Assembly: GCF_054482525.1 (NCBI RefSeq) | Contig: NZ_CM137006.1 | DNA: 64,000 bases | Reading direction: 5' to 3' (one strand) | Shown: one piece after another, positions 46,802 to 59,298 of the stretch | How the letters are laid out: every line of letters starts with the position of its first letter | Position numbering within the stretch: the first letter of the stretch is position 1 | Translations under genes and position numbers: made by a program | Notes under the pieces: model-generated | Databases searched by the model: none | Seen by the model: only the letters and a program-made list of their open reading frames with translations | What the model was told of the DNA's origin: nothing

Positions 46802-47323
46802 ATGAAACGTTTTAGTCTGGCCATTCTGGCGCTGGTTGTTGCGACCGGCGCACAAGCTGCCAGTGAAAAAGTCGAGATGAACCTCGTCACGTCGCAAGGG
46901 GTTGGGCAGTCAATTGGTAGCGTCACCATTACTGAAACCGATAAAGGTCTGGAGTTTTCGCCCGACCTGAAAGCATTACCCCCCGGTGAACATGGCTTCC
47001 ATATTCATGCCAAAGGAAGCTGCCAGCCAGCCACCAAAGATGGCAAAGCCAGCGCCGCGGAATCCGCAGGCGGGCATCTTGATCCACAAAATACCGGTAA
47101 ACATGAAGGGCCAGAAGGTGCCGGGCATTTAGGCGATCTGCCTGCACTGGTCGTCAATAATGACGGCAAAGCTACCGATGCCGTCATCGCGCCTCGTCTG
47201 AAATCACTGGATGAAGTCAAAGACAAAGCACTGATGGTCCACGTTGGCGGCGATAATATGTCCGATCAACCTAAACCGCTGGGCGGTGGCGGTGAACGCT
47301 ATGCCTGTGGTGTAATTAAGTAA
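46802..47323 (+). CDS. sodC: Periplasmic Cu,Zn superoxide dismutase SodC, 173 aa
   Basis: Start placed at ATG 46802 (MKRFSLAILALVVATGAQA signal peptide) with GGAGG RBS; Cu/Zn ligand His clusters. Confidence 0.93.
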   Translation: MKRFSLAILALVVATGAQAASEKVEMNLVTSQGVGQSIGSVTITETDKGLEFSPDLKALPPGEHGFHIHAKGSCQPATKDGKASAAESAGGHLDPQNTGKHEGPEGAGHLGDLPALVVNNDGKATDAVIAPRLKSLDEVKDKALMVHVGGDNMSDQPKPLGGGGERYACGVIK

Positions 47324-49336
47324 TTAAGAGGCCAGCGTACCTTGCGGTGGTGCTTGCTCAAGTTGCGAAAGCGAGCAGTACAGCCGCCAGACAATTGCCG
47401 CCAGCTCACGGGCAGCAGGTTGATGATGACGGGCAAGGCTGTCACAAATCCGCTGTAATTCTTCAAGTGTGGCCGCCAGTGATTTTTGCTGAACGCCACG
47501 CTCACTCATCACTCCGCGCAACAGTGAAATACAGTTATCCCGTACTCGTGATAACGGATCGGAACGCGATTCCCAGTCGCGTAATTGCCAGACAACATGA
47601 GAACAGTTCAGCAGCACTACACCCCAGCGTAATAACCAACGGCGAGCCAGCGCATCCTGGCTGTTACTCAACTGACTGACGTGATGATAAGTGAGCGATT
47701 CAAATTCGCTTTCACTCAGTGTTGGATGGCGGCTTAGTTGATCGACAAAATCCCGGCGCAGCGCGCGAATATGACGACGGCTTTTACGAGCATCCGACCC
47801 TGGATGCAAAATGGCGAACGCTAACCACGCCAACGCGACGCCAACGATTTTTGCCAAATTATCGTTAAGAAAATCAGCAAAATCATACACCGGGGGATTA
47901 GTGACAGCGATAAACGAACCCATAAAAACAATCAGTTGCCCCCACAGTGCGGCAAATTTGGGCATCTGCAATTTAAGAAGCTGTATCGTCGCCAGCAGTG
48001 GAAAGAGAAACAGTAAAAATTGCCACAGATCGCTAATCTGGACCATCAGGCCAAATTTGACCACAAAGCTGAATAGCGAAAGTAACACCAGCGTACGCAT
48101 CAGTAGTGACAACGACTTAAACGGAGCTGCGACGGCGGAGTAGAGTACGCAGCTAATCGCTGCCAGCGTTAATGCATTGGCACCGGCATCCCATTGCGAA
48201 GCAATACTCCATGTGCCAATCATCATCAACGTACAAAATGTACGCAGTCCGCTCCACATAGCTTCGGCGTTATCGGTATGACGAGCCAGGCCGGATGTCC
48301 GTGGGAGTCTGGTATGATCATCCACACCGCTTTGCAGACGATGTAATTCCTGACTACTTTGCAGATAAATGCGGCAAAAATAACGTAGTCGCTGCCAGAA
48401 GGCGACGTGCCGGTAGTCGGCGACGTTGGTCGGGCGTAGCGGGGCGATAATACGTGCGACGGTGTAAACATCTGTTTGCGAACTGGCGAGCGCCGTCAGC
48501 AACTGCTCGAGAATTTCTCGTGTGGTACCTGGCGGTGAGGGCCAGTTGAGCAACATACGTCGCAGGCTGGAGATGACACTGGTCATACGTAATTGCTGGT
48601 GGAGTAGCGCATTAAGGCGCGCGTTTTGCTGGCGAAAACGATAGTGGCTCCAGAAAGCCTGGATACGCAGCAAATTCATGGTCAGTATCTGCCCAATCAC
48701 CCCTTCATGTGCTGCACGAATGGCATCGGTTGTTTCAGGCTGCCAGAGTAAACTGGCATGTTCCAGCAATCGGGCGTGCATGTTTTTCAATGCGGTTAAA
48801 AGGGCTGTAGCATCGGAACTGCTCGGCAGGATCATCATCATCATGCCGCCGCACAAAATACCGACTATCACCTCGCAAACGCGCGCCTGAGCGATATCCC
48901 ACAGCTGGCTGGCCTCAGTAATATTAACCATCGGAAAGGCGATGATGGCAGCCGTGTAGCCCGCCAGTTGAAATGCATACGCGACGTTATTCGTGAAGTG
49001 CGCACAGGCCCAGGTACAAAAGCCAAGCCACGCCGCCATGCTCAAAAGAAAAAACCACGGCTCATTAAGTGTATGTCCGGCAAGAAGCAGTGCCGCAATG
49101 GCTCCGAGCAAACTGCCAGCGATGCGTCCGAGGCTTTTGCTGATGACACCGCCAACGGTGGGAAAGCTAACCACGGCAGCCGAGGTCATCGCCCAATAGG
49201 GCTCATCAAGGTTCAAATAATAGGCAACCGTCAGTGCCAGACACATGGCAATGGTATTGCGTAACGCATAACGCCATTGCGCCAGCGTGGCCCTGAACCA
49301 GGGCAAATTGCGCAAGGACCATGACGATGCGTTCAT
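47324..49336 (-). CDS. ydhK: FUSC-family inner-membrane efflux protein YdhK (AaeB paralog), 670 aa
   Basis: 670-aa membrane ORF; its start overlaps the ydhJ stop by 1 nt. Confidence 0.88.
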   Translation of the reverse strand: MNASSWSLRNLPWFRATLAQWRYALRNTIAMCLALTVAYYLNLDEPYWAMTSAAVVSFPTVGGVISKSLGRIAGSLLGAIAALLLAGHTLNEPWFFLLSMAAWLGFCTWACAHFTNNVAYAFQLAGYTAAIIAFPMVNITEASQLWDIAQARVCEVIVGILCGGMMMMILPSSSDATALLTALKNMHARLLEHASLLWQPETTDAIRAAHEGVIGQILTMNLLRIQAFWSHYRFRQQNARLNALLHQQLRMTSVISSLRRMLLNWPSPPGTTREILEQLLTALASSQTDVYTVARIIAPLRPTNVADYRHVAFWQRLRYFCRIYLQSSQELHRLQSGVDDHTRLPRTSGLARHTDNAEAMWSGLRTFCTLMMIGTWSIASQWDAGANALTLAAISCVLYSAVAAPFKSLSLLMRTLVLLSLFSFVVKFGLMVQISDLWQFLLFLFPLLATIQLLKLQMPKFAALWGQLIVFMGSFIAVTNPPVYDFADFLNDNLAKIVGVALAWLAFAILHPGSDARKSRRHIRALRRDFVDQLSRHPTLSESEFESLTYHHVSQLSNSQDALARRWLLRWGVVLLNCSHVVWQLRDWESRSDPLSRVRDNCISLLRGVMSERGVQQKSLAATLEELQRICDSLARHHQPAARELAAIVWRLYCSLSQLEQAPPQGTLAS

Positions 49337-50193
49337 TATTGACCTACGGCAATGCTACAGGTGGTGCCCGACACCAGCGTGACATCGCCTGGGACTTTAT
49401 CCAGCGCAAAGCGGACCGGAACACGTTGGGCGAGGCGAACCCAGGGGACGTTAGGTTTCACATCCGGAATAAGGCTTGAGTCACTTTCAACGCTCTGATC
49501 ATAAATCGCCCGACCGATGCTGGAAACGTGACCCTGTAACGTTTTGTTATCACTATAGAGGGTTATTTGTGCTGGTGCACCTTCGCGGATATGGCGCAAC
49601 TTGGTTTCTTCAAAATAACCAATGACGTAAAACGAGTGGCTGTCGACAAGGGCAAACAGCGGTTTCCCGGTGTCGGCGTAATCGCCGATGCGGGTAGTAA
49701 GATTAGTCACCCATCCGCTCACCGGGGCGCGAATTTCCGTTTGCTCCAGTTGCCATTGTGCCTGTTTCAGCGTCGCCTGTGCGGCATCAACACCGGCCTG
49801 CATCGTTTTAACATTGAGGTTAGCGGTATCGAGTTCTTCGGCAGAAATAAAATTTTGTGAGAGATGACGACGACGATTCGCTTCGTTATTGGCTTTTGCG
49901 AGGTCAGATTGCGCTTTCGCCAGCTGAGCCTGTGCGTTCAGCTCGGCGATCTGAAAGGGCGTTTTATCGATCGTGAGCAGAAGATCCCCCGCGTTAACCA
50001 GCTGGTTGTCTTTTATATTCAGCTCAACAATACGTCCCGACACCTGTGGGGTGATAGAAACCTGTTCTGCGCGTATTTTCCCGTCGCGTGTCCACGGAGA
50101 TTGCATGTAATAATTCCACAGCCACCATCCGGCAAGAACCGCAACTACCGCTACAATGATTGTTGAGAAATACTTAATTGTTTTAATTGACAT
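49336..50193 (-). CDS. ydhJ: HlyD-family membrane fusion protein YdhJ (AaeA paralog), 285 aa
   Basis: Start placed at the internal ATG ([26 protein letters not shown]...); coiled-coil MFP-like; the ORF call over-extends by 14 codons. Confidence 0.88.
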   Translation of the reverse strand: MSIKTIKYFSTIIVAVVAVLAGWWLWNYYMQSPWTRDGKIRAEQVSITPQVSGRIVELNIKDNQLVNAGDLLLTIDKTPFQIAELNAQAQLAKAQSDLAKANNEANRRRHLSQNFISAEELDTANLNVKTMQAGVDAAQATLKQAQWQLEQTEIRAPVSGWVTNLTTRIGDYADTGKPLFALVDSHSFYVIGYFEETKLRHIREGAPAQITLYSDNKTLQGHVSSIGRAIYDQSVESDSSLIPDVKPNVPWVRLAQRVPVRFALDKVPGDVTLVSGTTCSIAVGQ

Positions 50194-50195
50194 AG

Positions 50196-50432
50196 TTACC
50201 ACGCAATCAGTATTGCCAGGGCAAGGCAAACGCAAATCGCAAACAGCGATAAATCCATTAACAAGGGATGCCAGATGTCACCGGCGTAGATCCAGCCACG
50301 AAGCAGGCGGTGTACGACAAGCCAGATGACGAATCCAAACGCGAAGGCTTTGAAAAACGGAGGAAAGTAGACGGACGCACCGAACACCAGATCTTGTAAG
50401 GGCAATCCTGTTGCATTGAGCATAAACTTCAC
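50196..50432 (-). CDS. ydhI: DUF1656 small membrane protein YdhI (AaeX paralog), 78 aa
   Basis: 78-aa two-TM ORF directly upstream of ydhJ. Confidence 0.85.
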
Positions 50433-50626
50433 AAAGTAGATTCCTTTACGACCGAATATATTGCGTTAGATTAATAAATATTCTTTAAGTGCGAAAAATT
50501 TACGCGCAATTTCTGAAAAATATGTCTGACGGTAACCAAATGCAGCAATACATTTGTTTTAGCAATACAATTGCTGCACACTATTCTAAAAGCCGCATAA
50601 TATCTTAGCAAGCTAATTATAAGGAG

Positions 50627-51067
50627 ATGAAATTGGAATCGCCACTAGGTTCTGATCTGGCACGGTTGGTGCGCATATGGCGTGCTCTGATAGACCATCG
50701 CCTGAAACCGCTGGAGTTAACACAAACCCATTGGGTTACGTTACACAATATCCATCAGTTACCTCCAGACCAGTCGCAAATTCAACTGGCAAAAGCGATT
50801 GGCATCGAGCAGCCATCACTGGTCCGTACTCTGGACCAACTGGAAGAAAAAGGGTTAATTTCGCGTCAAACTTGTGCCAGCGATCGTCGGGCTAAACGTA
50901 TTAAACTGACGGAAAAGGCAGAGCCGCTGATCAGCGAAATGGAAGCTGTTATTAACAAAACCCGCGCGGAAATTTTACATGGCATCTCCGCAGAGGAACT
51001 GGAACAACTGATTAAGCTCATCGCAAAACTTGAGCATAATATCATTGAGTTACAGGCCAAAGGGTGA
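50627..51067 (+). CDS. slyA: MarR-family transcriptional regulator SlyA
   Basis: Winged-helix MarR ORF; the K-12 annotation (144 aa) probably starts at TTG 50633 (M-E-S-P-L-G) rather than ATG 50627. Confidence 0.92.
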
Positions 51068-51077
51068 AATGAAGGGG

Positions 51078-51103
51078 CGTGTGGTCAGTAACCTGACCAC
51101 ACG
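51078..51103. terminator. Hairpin between convergent slyA and slyB (CGTGTGGTCAG-taac-CTGACCACACG)
   Basis: 11-bp perfect stem; weak flanking U-tracts. Confidence 0.55.
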
Positions 51104-51112
51104 CAAACTTAT

Positions 51113-51580
51113 TTAGCGCGGGGAAACGGTCACCTGACTGCCATTGCTGGCCAGTACGACACGTTGGCCCGGAGAGAAACGAGTGTTGCCTTGTTTCTGT
51201 ACCACCATGATGGTATTACCATCGTCTTTACGAATTTCCAGCTCGACACCCTGCGTTTTGTTCATTGCACTCTGTACGCCCTGACCGGCTACGCCACCTG
51301 CAACAGCGCCTGCAGCAGTAGCCAGAGAACGCCCGGTTCCGCCACCAACAGTATTCCCCAGGAAACCACCAAGAACAGCACCGCCAATTGCGCCGATAAC
51401 GTTGGAATCATCACCGCCCTGAATCTGTACCGGACGTACGTTAACGATGGTGCCATAGCTGACATTCTGTACTTGTTTCGCTTCAGAAGCGGTATAAACA
51501 TCCCCTGACAGGGTGTCGTTATTAACACAACCGACAAGAGACAGACCTACCATTGAAACAACCAATACGCGTTTAATCAT
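51113..51580 (-). CDS. slyB: Outer-membrane lipoprotein SlyB, 155 aa
   Basis: Lipobox LVGC; Gly-rich central region. Confidence 0.93.
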   Translation of the reverse strand: MIKRVLVVSMVGLSLVGCVNNDTLSGDVYTASEAKQVQNVSYGTIVNVRPVQIQGGDDSNVIGAIGGAVLGGFLGNTVGGGTGRSLATAAGAVAGGVAGQGVQSAMNKTQGVELEIRKDDGNTIMVVQKQGNTRFSPGQRVVLASNGSQVTVSPR

Positions 51581-51853
51581 TGAAAAATCTCCTGTTCACC
51601 ATGAAACGCCACGCAAGCATCCCTCATGGTCAAAGTATATGGCATATGTGAATCCATGGTTACATGTTATACCAAATATGAGCAAATCATAATGAAAGTA
51701 GGATCAACCAATTATAAACAAAACATTCATGATGATTATTGATTTGAAGATAATGTTTTACTACCAACGGTAAAAATCGGTCATTCCGCATGGTATTCAC
51801 GAAAAGTTTATGTTTGAGTGGTGCGCAAACGTCAGATTGAAAAAGGATGAACT

Positions 51854-52963
51854 ATGAAATCGGGCCGCTTTATTGGCGTTATGTCAGGCACCAGCCTTGA
51901 TGGTGTTGATGTTGTGTTGGCGACAATTGATGAACACCGGGTCGCACAGCTGGCAAGTTTGAGCTGGCCGATCCCGGTGTCTCTGAAACAGGCTGTACTG
52001 GATATTTGCCAGGGCCAGCAGCTTACACTTTCTCAGTTTGGACAGCTTGATACTCAACTCGGGCGACTTTTTGCTGATGCGGTCAATGCCTTGCTTAAGG
52101 AACAAAACCTGCAGGCGAGAGATATCGTTGCGATCGGCTGTCACGGTCAAACCGTCTGGCATGAACCGACGGGCGTGGCACCACACACTTTACAGATTGG
52201 CGATAACAATCAAATTGTGGCACGCACCGGAATTACGGTTGTCGGTGATTTTCGCCGTCGCGATATTGCCTTGGGAGGACAAGGCGCACCGCTGGTACCT
52301 GCGTTCCATCATGCGCTGCTGGCTCACCCAACCGAGCGACGAATGGTGCTCAATATTGGCGGCATCGCCAATCTGTCACTGCTCATTCCTAGGCAGCCGG
52401 TTGGGGGCTACGATACCGGCCCTGGTAACATGCTGATGGATGCCTGGATCTGGCGTCAGGCAGGTAAACCTTACGATAAAGATGCCGAGTGGGCACGGGC
52501 GGGTAAAGTCATTCTCCCACTGCTGCAAAATATGCTCAGCGACCCGTATTTCTCGCAACCTGCGCCGAAAAGCACCGGACGCGAATACTTTAACTACGGT
52601 TGGCTGGAGCGCCATTTGCGCCATTTTCCGGGTGTTGATCCCCGAGATGTACAGGCGACACTGGCAGAACTCACCGCCGTGACCATTTCTGAACAAGTTT
52701 TGTTGAGCGGTGGCTGCGAACGATTGATGGTATGTGGTGGAGGAAGTCGTAATCCGCTACTCATGGCGCGTCTGGCGGCATTACTGCCAGGCACAGAAGT
52801 CACCACCACCGATGCCGTTGGCATTAGTGGCGATGACATGGAAGCATTGGCTTTCGCCTGGCTTGCCTGGCGGACGCTGGCGGGATTACCAGGAAATCTG
52901 CCTTCCGTCACTGGCGCAAGCCAGGAGACGGTACTGGGGGCTATTTTCCCCGCTAACCCGTGA
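51854..52963 (+). CDS. anmK: Anhydro-N-acetylmuramic acid kinase, 369 aa
   Basis: [28 protein letters not shown]... recognised as AnmK. Confidence 0.93.
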   Translation: MKSGRFIGVMSGTSLDGVDVVLATIDEHRVAQLASLSWPIPVSLKQAVLDICQGQQLTLSQFGQLDTQLGRLFADAVNALLKEQNLQARDIVAIGCHGQTVWHEPTGVAPHTLQIGDNNQIVARTGITVVGDFRRRDIALGGQGAPLVPAFHHALLAHPTERRMVLNIGGIANLSLLIPRQPVGGYDTGPGNMLMDAWIWRQAGKPYDKDAEWARAGKVILPLLQNMLSDPYFSQPAPKSTGREYFNYGWLERHLRHFPGVDPRDVQATLAELTAVTISEQVLLSGGCERLMVCGGGSRNPLLMARLAALLPGTEVTTTDAVGISGDDMEALAFAWLAWRTLAGLPGNLPSVTGASQETVLGAIFPANP

Positions 52964-53060
52964 TATCAGAGTTAACTGAATTTTTCTTACCGCGTCTGCC
53001 GTTACACTTGGAACGTTAGGGAGGGCGTATTGCCCTCCAGACCAGGAAAGTCTTCGGGAT

Positions 53061-53390
53061 ATGTCTATGAAAAAACTGTTACTGATCTGTTTGCCGGTCC
53101 TTCTCACCGGCTGTAGCGCGTTCAATCAACTGGTTGAGCGCATGCAAACCGATACGCTGGAATACCAGTGTGATGAAAAACCGTTGACGGTCAAACTGAA
53201 TAATCCGCGCCAGGAAGTCAGTTTTGTTTACGATAATCAACTACTGCATCTCAAACAGGGCATTTCTGCGTCTGGTGCACGTTACACCGACGGGATCTAT
53301 GTTTTCTGGTCGAAAGGCGAGGAAGCGACTGTCTATAAACGCGACCGCATCGTCTTGAATAACTGTCAGTTACAAAATCCACAGCGTTGA
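53061..53390 (+). CDS. mliC: Membrane-bound lysozyme inhibitor of C-type lysozyme MliC, 109 aa
   Basis: Lipoprotein signal LLTGCSA; 109 aa. Confidence 0.9.
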   Translation: MSMKKLLLICLPVLLTGCSAFNQLVERMQTDTLEYQCDEKPLTVKLNNPRQEVSFVYDNQLLHLKQGISASGARYTDGIYVFWSKGEEATVYKRDRIVLNNCQLQNPQR

Positions 53391-53448
53391 GATTTTTCCA
53401 GGGGCGGCGCACAATAGCGTCACCCACTGACAATCCGTAAAGAAAACC

Positions 53449-54105
53449 ATGTCTGATAACGACGAATTGCAGCAAATCGCGCATCTGCGCCGTGAATACA
53501 CCAAAGGCGGTTTACGCCGTCGCGATCTTCCCGCCGATCCATTAACCCTTTTTGAACGCTGGCTCTCTCAGGCTTGTGAAGCTAAGCTGGCGGACCCTAC
53601 CGCGATGGTGGTCGCTACCGTGGATGAACATGGTCAGCCTTATCAACGCATCGTTTTACTCAAACATTACGACGAAAAAGGCATGGTGTTTTACACCAAC
53701 CTCGGCAGCCGTAAAGCACATCAAATCGAAAATAATCCGCGCGTTAGCCTGCTGTTCCCGTGGCATACCCTTGAGCGCCAGGTGATGGTGATCGGTAAAG
53801 CGGAACGACTTTCGACTCTCGAAGTGATGAAATATTTTCATAGTCGCCCACGTGATAGCCAGATTGGTGCATGGGTTTCGAAGCAGTCCAGTCGCATTTC
53901 TGCCCGCGGTATCCTTGAAAGTAAATTCCTGGAGCTGAAGCAGAAGTTTCAACAGGGCGAAGTGCCATTGCCGAGTTTTTGGGGCGGTTTTCGCGTCAGC
54001 CTTGAACAGATTGAGTTCTGGCAGGGCGGTGAGCATCGCCTGCATGACCGCTTTTTGTACCAGCGTGAAAATGATGCGTGGAAGATTGATCGTCTTGCCC
54101 CCTGA
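53449..54105 (+). CDS. pdxH: Pyridoxine/pyridoxamine 5'-phosphate oxidase, 218 aa
   Basis: 218-aa ORF recognised as PdxH. Confidence 0.95.
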
Positions 54106-54233
54106 AAAGATGCAAAAATCTTGCTTTAATCGCTGGTACTCCTGATTCTGGCACTTTATTCTATGTCTCTTTCGCATCTGGCGAAAAGTCGTGTACCGGC
54201 AAAGGTGCAGTCGTTATATACATGGAGATTTTG

Positions 54234-55508
54234 ATGGCAAGCAGTAACTTGATTAAACAATTGCAAGAGCGGGGGCTGGTAGCCCAGGTGACGGACGAGG
54301 AAGCGTTAGCAGAGCGACTGGCGCAAGGCCCGATCGCGCTCTATTGCGGCTTCGATCCTACCGCTGACAGCTTGCATTTGGGGCATCTTGTTCCATTGTT
54401 ATGCCTGAAACGCTTCCAGCAGGCGGGCCACAAGCCGGTTGCGCTGGTAGGCGGCGCGACGGGTCTGATTGGCGACCCGAGCTTCAAAGCTGCTGAGCGT
54501 AAGCTGAACACCGAAGAAACTGTTCAGGAGTGGGTGGACAAAATCCGCAAGCAGGTTGCCCCGTTCCTCGATTTCGACTGTGGAGAAAACTCTGCTATCG
54601 CGGCGAACAACTATGACTGGTTCGGCAATATGAATGTGCTGACCTTCCTGCGCGATATTGGCAAACACTTCTCCGTTAACCAGATGATCAACAAAGAAGC
54701 GGTTAAGCAGCGTCTCAACCGTGAAGATCAGGGGATTTCGTTCACTGAGTTTTCCTACAACCTGTTGCAGGGTTATGACTTCGCCTGTCTGAACAAACAG
54801 TACGGTGTGGTGCTGCAAATTGGTGGTTCTGACCAGTGGGGTAACATCACTTCTGGTATCGACCTGACCCGTCGTCTGCATCAGAATCAGGTGTTTGGCC
54901 TGACCGTTCCGCTGATCACCAAAGCAGACGGCACCAAATTTGGTAAAACTGAAGGCGGCGCAGTCTGGTTGGATCCGAAGAAAACCAGCCCGTACAAATT
55001 CTACCAGTTCTGGATCAACACTGCGGATGCCGACGTTTACCGCTTCCTGAAGTTCTTCACCTTTATGAGCATTGAAGAGATCAACGCCCTGGAAGAAGAA
55101 GATAAAAACAGCGGTAAAGCACCGCGCGCCCAGTATGTACTGGCGGAGCAGGTGACTCGTCTGGTTCACGGTGAAGAAGGTTTACAGGCGGCAAAACGTA
55201 TTACCGAATGCCTGTTCAGCGGTTCCTTGAGTGCGCTGAGTGAAGCGGACTTCGAACAGCTGGCGCAGGACGGCGTACCGATGGTTGAGATGGAAAAGGG
55301 CGCAGACCTGATGCAGGCGCTGGTCGATTCTGAACTGCAACCTTCCCGTGGTCAGGCGCGTAAAACCATCGCCTCCAATGCCATCACCATTAACGGTGAA
55401 AAACAGTCCGATCCTGAATACTTCTTTAAAGAAGAAGATCGTCTGTTTGGTCGTTTTACCTTACTGCGTCGCGGCAAAAAGAATTACTGTCTGATTTGCT
55501 GGAAATAA
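54234..55508 (+). CDS. tyrS: Tyrosyl-tRNA synthetase, 424 aa
   Basis: Start at ATG 54234 ([15 protein letters not shown]...); HIGH motif as HLGH and KMSKS-like KFGKT. Confidence 0.96.
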
Positions 55509-55523
55509 TGCATTAAGTGGAAA

Positions 55524-55556
55524 GGGGGAGTGAGAAATCACTCCCCCTGGTTTTTA
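55524..55556 (+). terminator. tyrS intrinsic terminator (GGGGGAGTGA-gaaa-TCACTCCCCC then TGGTTTTTA)
   Basis: 10-bp perfect GC-rich stem 16 nt after the tyrS stop, followed by a T-run. Confidence 0.8.
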
Positions 55557-55566
55557 TACAGGGAAC

Positions 55567-56430
55567 ATGATGAAAAATATTCTCGCTATCCAGTCTCACG
55601 TTGTTTATGGTCATGCGGGTAACAGTGCGGCAGAGTTTCCGATGCGCCGCCTGGGCGCGAACGTCTGGCCGCTGAACACCGTTCAATTTTCTAATCACAC
55701 CCAATACGGCAAATGGACTGGCTGCGTGATGCCGCCCAGCCATTTAACCGAAATTGTGCAAGGCATTGCCGCCATTGATAAATTACACACCTGTGATGCC
55801 GTATTAAGTGGCTATCTGGGTTCGGCGGAGCAGGGGGAACATATTCTCGGTATCGTTCGTCAGGTGAAAGCAGCAAATCCGCAGGCGAAATATTTTTGCG
55901 ATCCGGTAATGGGTCATCCGGAAAAAGGCTGTATCGTTGCACCGGGTGTCGCAGAGTTTCATGTGCGTCACGGTTTGCCTGCCAGCGATATCATTGCGCC
56001 GAATCTGGTTGAGCTGGAAATACTCTGTGAGCATCCGGTAAATAACGTCGAAGAAGCGGTTCTGGCAGCGCGCGAACTCATTGCGCAAGGGCCACAAATT
56101 GTGTTGGTTAAACACCTGGCGCGAGCTGGCTACAGCCGTGACCGTTTTGAAATGCTGCTGGTTACCGCCGATGAAGCCTGGCATATCAGCCGTCCGCTGG
56201 TGGATTTTGGTATGCGCCAGCCGGTAGGTGTTGGTGATGTGACGAGCGGTTTACTGCTGGTGAAACTGCTTCAGGGGGCAACGCTGCAGGAGGCCCTGGA
56301 ACATGTGACCGCTGCAGTATACGAAATCATGGTGACCACCAAAGCAATGCAGGAATATGAGCTGCAAGTGGTTGCTGCTCAGGATCGTATTGCCAATCCA
56401 GAACATTATTTCAGCGCAACAAAGCTCTGA
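55567..56430 (+). CDS. pdxY: Pyridoxal kinase 2 (PdxY), 287 aa
   Basis: 287-aa ribokinase-fold ORF downstream of tyrS. Confidence 0.93.
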   Translation: MMKNILAIQSHVVYGHAGNSAAEFPMRRLGANVWPLNTVQFSNHTQYGKWTGCVMPPSHLTEIVQGIAAIDKLHTCDAVLSGYLGSAEQGEHILGIVRQVKAANPQAKYFCDPVMGHPEKGCIVAPGVAEFHVRHGLPASDIIAPNLVELEILCEHPVNNVEEAVLAARELIAQGPQIVLVKHLARAGYSRDRFEMLLVTADEAWHISRPLVDFGMRQPVGVGDVTSGLLLVKLLQGATLQEALEHVTAAVYEIMVTTKAMQEYELQVVAAQDRIANPEHYFSATKL

Positions 56431-56473
56431 AATATCTCATTTCGGCCCACAACGACCTGTGGGCCGATGGCTA

Positions 56474-57079
56474 TTACTTTAAGCCTTCCGCTGACAGCGC
56501 GTCTTGTACTTCCGGACGTTCAGCCATACGTTGCATAAATGCCGCAATGTGCTCTAACCCTTCCAGATTCAGTTTCACCGCGTATGCCCAGCGCATAACC
56601 GTAAACAGATAGGCATCAGCAATTGTGAATCGTTGCCCGCAGATCCAGTGCTCATCCTTCAGTGCCTCGTTCACATATTGCAGCTTCTTCTCCAGCTGCG
56701 CGCGAACTGTCGGTTTGTACTCTTCCGGTGTATCAGGGCGAAACAGAGGTGTGAAACCTTTATGCAGCTCGGTGGCGATGTAATTCAGCCATTCGATGGT
56801 TTTATAGCGGGAAATACTGTTTACCGGTGCCAGCAACTGGCGGTCGGGGACGCTGTCGGCAAGATACTGCATAATTGCTACGCCTTCCGTCAGCAAAGTA
56901 CCATCGTCCAGCAGCAATGCAGGCACCTGTCCCTTAGGGTTAACGGCAAAGTAATCGTCACCGTTTTCGAGACGTTTTTTCATTAAATCCACACTGACGA
57001 GCGTAAAATCCTTTCCGCTCTCACGCAGGGTGATATGGGAAGCGAGAGAGCAGGCACCCGGTTTGTAGAACAATTTCAT
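56474..57079 (-). CDS. gstA: Glutathione S-transferase GstA, 201 aa
   Basis: [32 protein letters not shown]... recognised as GstA. Confidence 0.95.
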   Translation of the reverse strand: MKLFYKPGACSLASHITLRESGKDFTLVSVDLMKKRLENGDDYFAVNPKGQVPALLLDDGTLLTEGVAIMQYLADSVPDRQLLAPVNSISRYKTIEWLNYIATELHKGFTPLFRPDTPEEYKPTVRAQLEKKLQYVNEALKDEHWICGQRFTIADAYLFTVMRWAYAVKLNLEGLEHIAAFMQRMAERPEVQDALSAEGLK

Positions 57080-57129
57080 CGGTAACTCCTTTTGTCTGTG
57101 GTTTAAAGTATGGTAGTGCGTTGCTGAAC

Positions 57130-57161
57130 AAAAAAAAAGCCGCTAACGAAAAGTTAGCGGC
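57130..57161 (-). terminator. dtpA intrinsic terminator (GCCGCTAAC-gaaaag-TTAGCGGC, U9 on the minus strand)
   Basis: Stem-loop 57139-57161 with an A9 run on the plus strand at 57130-57138, downstream of the dtpA stop. Confidence 0.8.
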
Positions 57162-57184
57162 TTGTAAAAGAGTTTCCCTGAATT

Positions 57185-58687
57185 TTACGCTACAGCAGCT
57201 TTCGCCGCTTTGTCTGCAGCGTCATCCTGCGTCATGCGGTGCAGTTTCGGCGCGGTCAGCAGCATCAGTACTGCAATAACGGCAGTAGCGACACCAATCT
57301 GCAAGAATACGCGACCATAGACTTCCAGTGACATCAGCGGATCGGTAACGTTATCCGGCACAGCCATCATACCCGCAACATAACCACCAATCAGGTTTGC
57401 ACCGGCAGTGGTCAGGAACCAGCTACCCATAATGAAGCCCATCAGACGCTGCGGAACGAGTTGTGCGACCATTGCCAGACCCAGACCAGAGATCATCAGT
57501 TCCCCGATACTCTGCAGGCCATAGCTCGCGACCAGCCAGCTTACAGACACGATACCAGCGTCAGACGCGAATTTCGCACCCAGCGGCAGAATCAGGAACG
57601 CACCAGAACACATCACCATGCCGATTGCAAACTTGGTTGGCATCGGCAGGGTATCGCCCATCTTGTTATAGATAGCGGCCAGAATCGGACTACCGATGAT
57701 GATCCAGAACGGGTTCAGTGCCTGATACTGCTCAGGTTCTACGGCCAGGCCCAGAATGGTGTGTTCAACGTTACGAATCGCAAAGAAGTTCAGTGACGTT
57801 GGCATCTGGCTGTACAGCACGAAGAAGATAATGGCTTCGAGCATCAGGATGAAGGCAACGATCATTTTACGACGCGCAGCACCTTTCATCGCGAAGGCTT
57901 CTTTACCGAAGATAACCACAATACCGAAGGCAACAACGCCCAGCGCCATACGCGCAACTTCCTGATTGTGCAGCAGCCAGGTGGCGATAGCGATCAGTGC
58001 CACAACACCAATAATGGTCAGCAGCAGGTTACGGTAGTTGATAGGCTCGAAGTCTGGTTTTGAACCGTACTGTTTAACCCAGCGTTGGCAGAAGGCGAAG
58101 TTAACGATAGTGATCAGCAGGCCTACAACGCTCAACGCAAACGCAACACTCCAGCCGTATTTCGCGGCCAGCCACGGGGTGGCGATCATAGAGAAGAAAG
58201 AGCCGATGTTGACGGACATGTAGTACATGGTGAATGCACCGTCCAGACGCGGGTCGTTTTTCTCATAGCATGTAGAAAGCAGAGAAGACGGGTTAGCTTT
58301 AAACAGGCCGTTACCGACCGCAATAGCTGCCATACCCATATAAACGATACCGGCGTCGTGACCAGACCAGGCAACCAGAGCATAACCAATCGCCAGCACA
58401 ATAGCGCCAAGCATAATTACGCGTTTAGTACCCAGTACCTTGTCACCTAACCAGCCGCCGATAGCGACCAGACCATAAACCAGGGCACTAAAGGAAGAGA
58501 AAAGGGTGATTGAATCCGCTTCAGACATACCCAGTTGTTTAACCAGGTAAACAGCCATAATTCCTTGTAGGCCGTAATAACCAAAACGTTCCCATAACTC
58601 AATCGAGAAGATGAGATAGAACGCCTTCGGTTGTTTGAAAGCGTTCAAACTGACGCTTTCAGTTGGTTTTTGGTTTGCAGTGGACAC
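57185..58687 (-). CDS. dtpA: Proton-dependent di/tripeptide permease DtpA (TppB/YdgR; POT family), 500 aa
   Basis: 500-aa POT-family membrane ORF recognised as DtpA. Confidence 0.93.
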
Positions 58688-59270
58688 TTTTACCTCTTTT
58701 TTTACATCCCATATTAACGGGGGTGCTTTCTCGCGTTATGCCTAAAAAACATACGCGCAATTGTTATAGTGGGAGGGGAAACGGCAGGTAATGTTCACTA
58801 TCTTGCACTTTCAGACAAGTCCTTTGTAATAATCTGTTACATATAACTGAGGCGGGGAATTCAACCATTCCGGGAAATGTTATCCAGCGTTAAATTTTTC
58901 AAAAAACGTAACGGCAGATTTTTTCACTACCCTGAGAGGGGGATGATGGCTTAACGGCGATATGTTCTGCTATTTAGCGTTTTTCCTAGTGAGATAGTCC
59001 AGTTTCTGAAAAATAGCCAGTGTAATGTTTTGTAGGTCAATATTTGTTGCGTGTGTAAATTTAAATGATTTTAACCTAATTCTTGCAATGTTTTTACATT
59101 GCCACAGCATCGTGATCTTGATCACGAATGAATAGAAAATTTCGCTATTAAAAAAACAATTAACCTGCATTTTTGGTTATCCGCAAACGGATTACCTGAT
59201 GATAACGCTAAGCAATGGCATCATTGACGTTAAAAAGATGTTTTAAAAGAGGATAAAGAAAGGTTATGAA

Positions 59271-59298
59271 TGGGGTAATCGGTGTTACCCCTTTTCTT
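59271..59298 (+). terminator. Hairpin GGGGTAA-tcggtg-TTACCCC followed by TTTTCTTC, reading as a plus-strand intrinsic terminator abutting the nth stop
   Basis: Read directly; the U-tract is convincing only on the plus strand, although no plus-strand ORF of 60 aa or more lies upstream of it. Confidence 0.45.
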
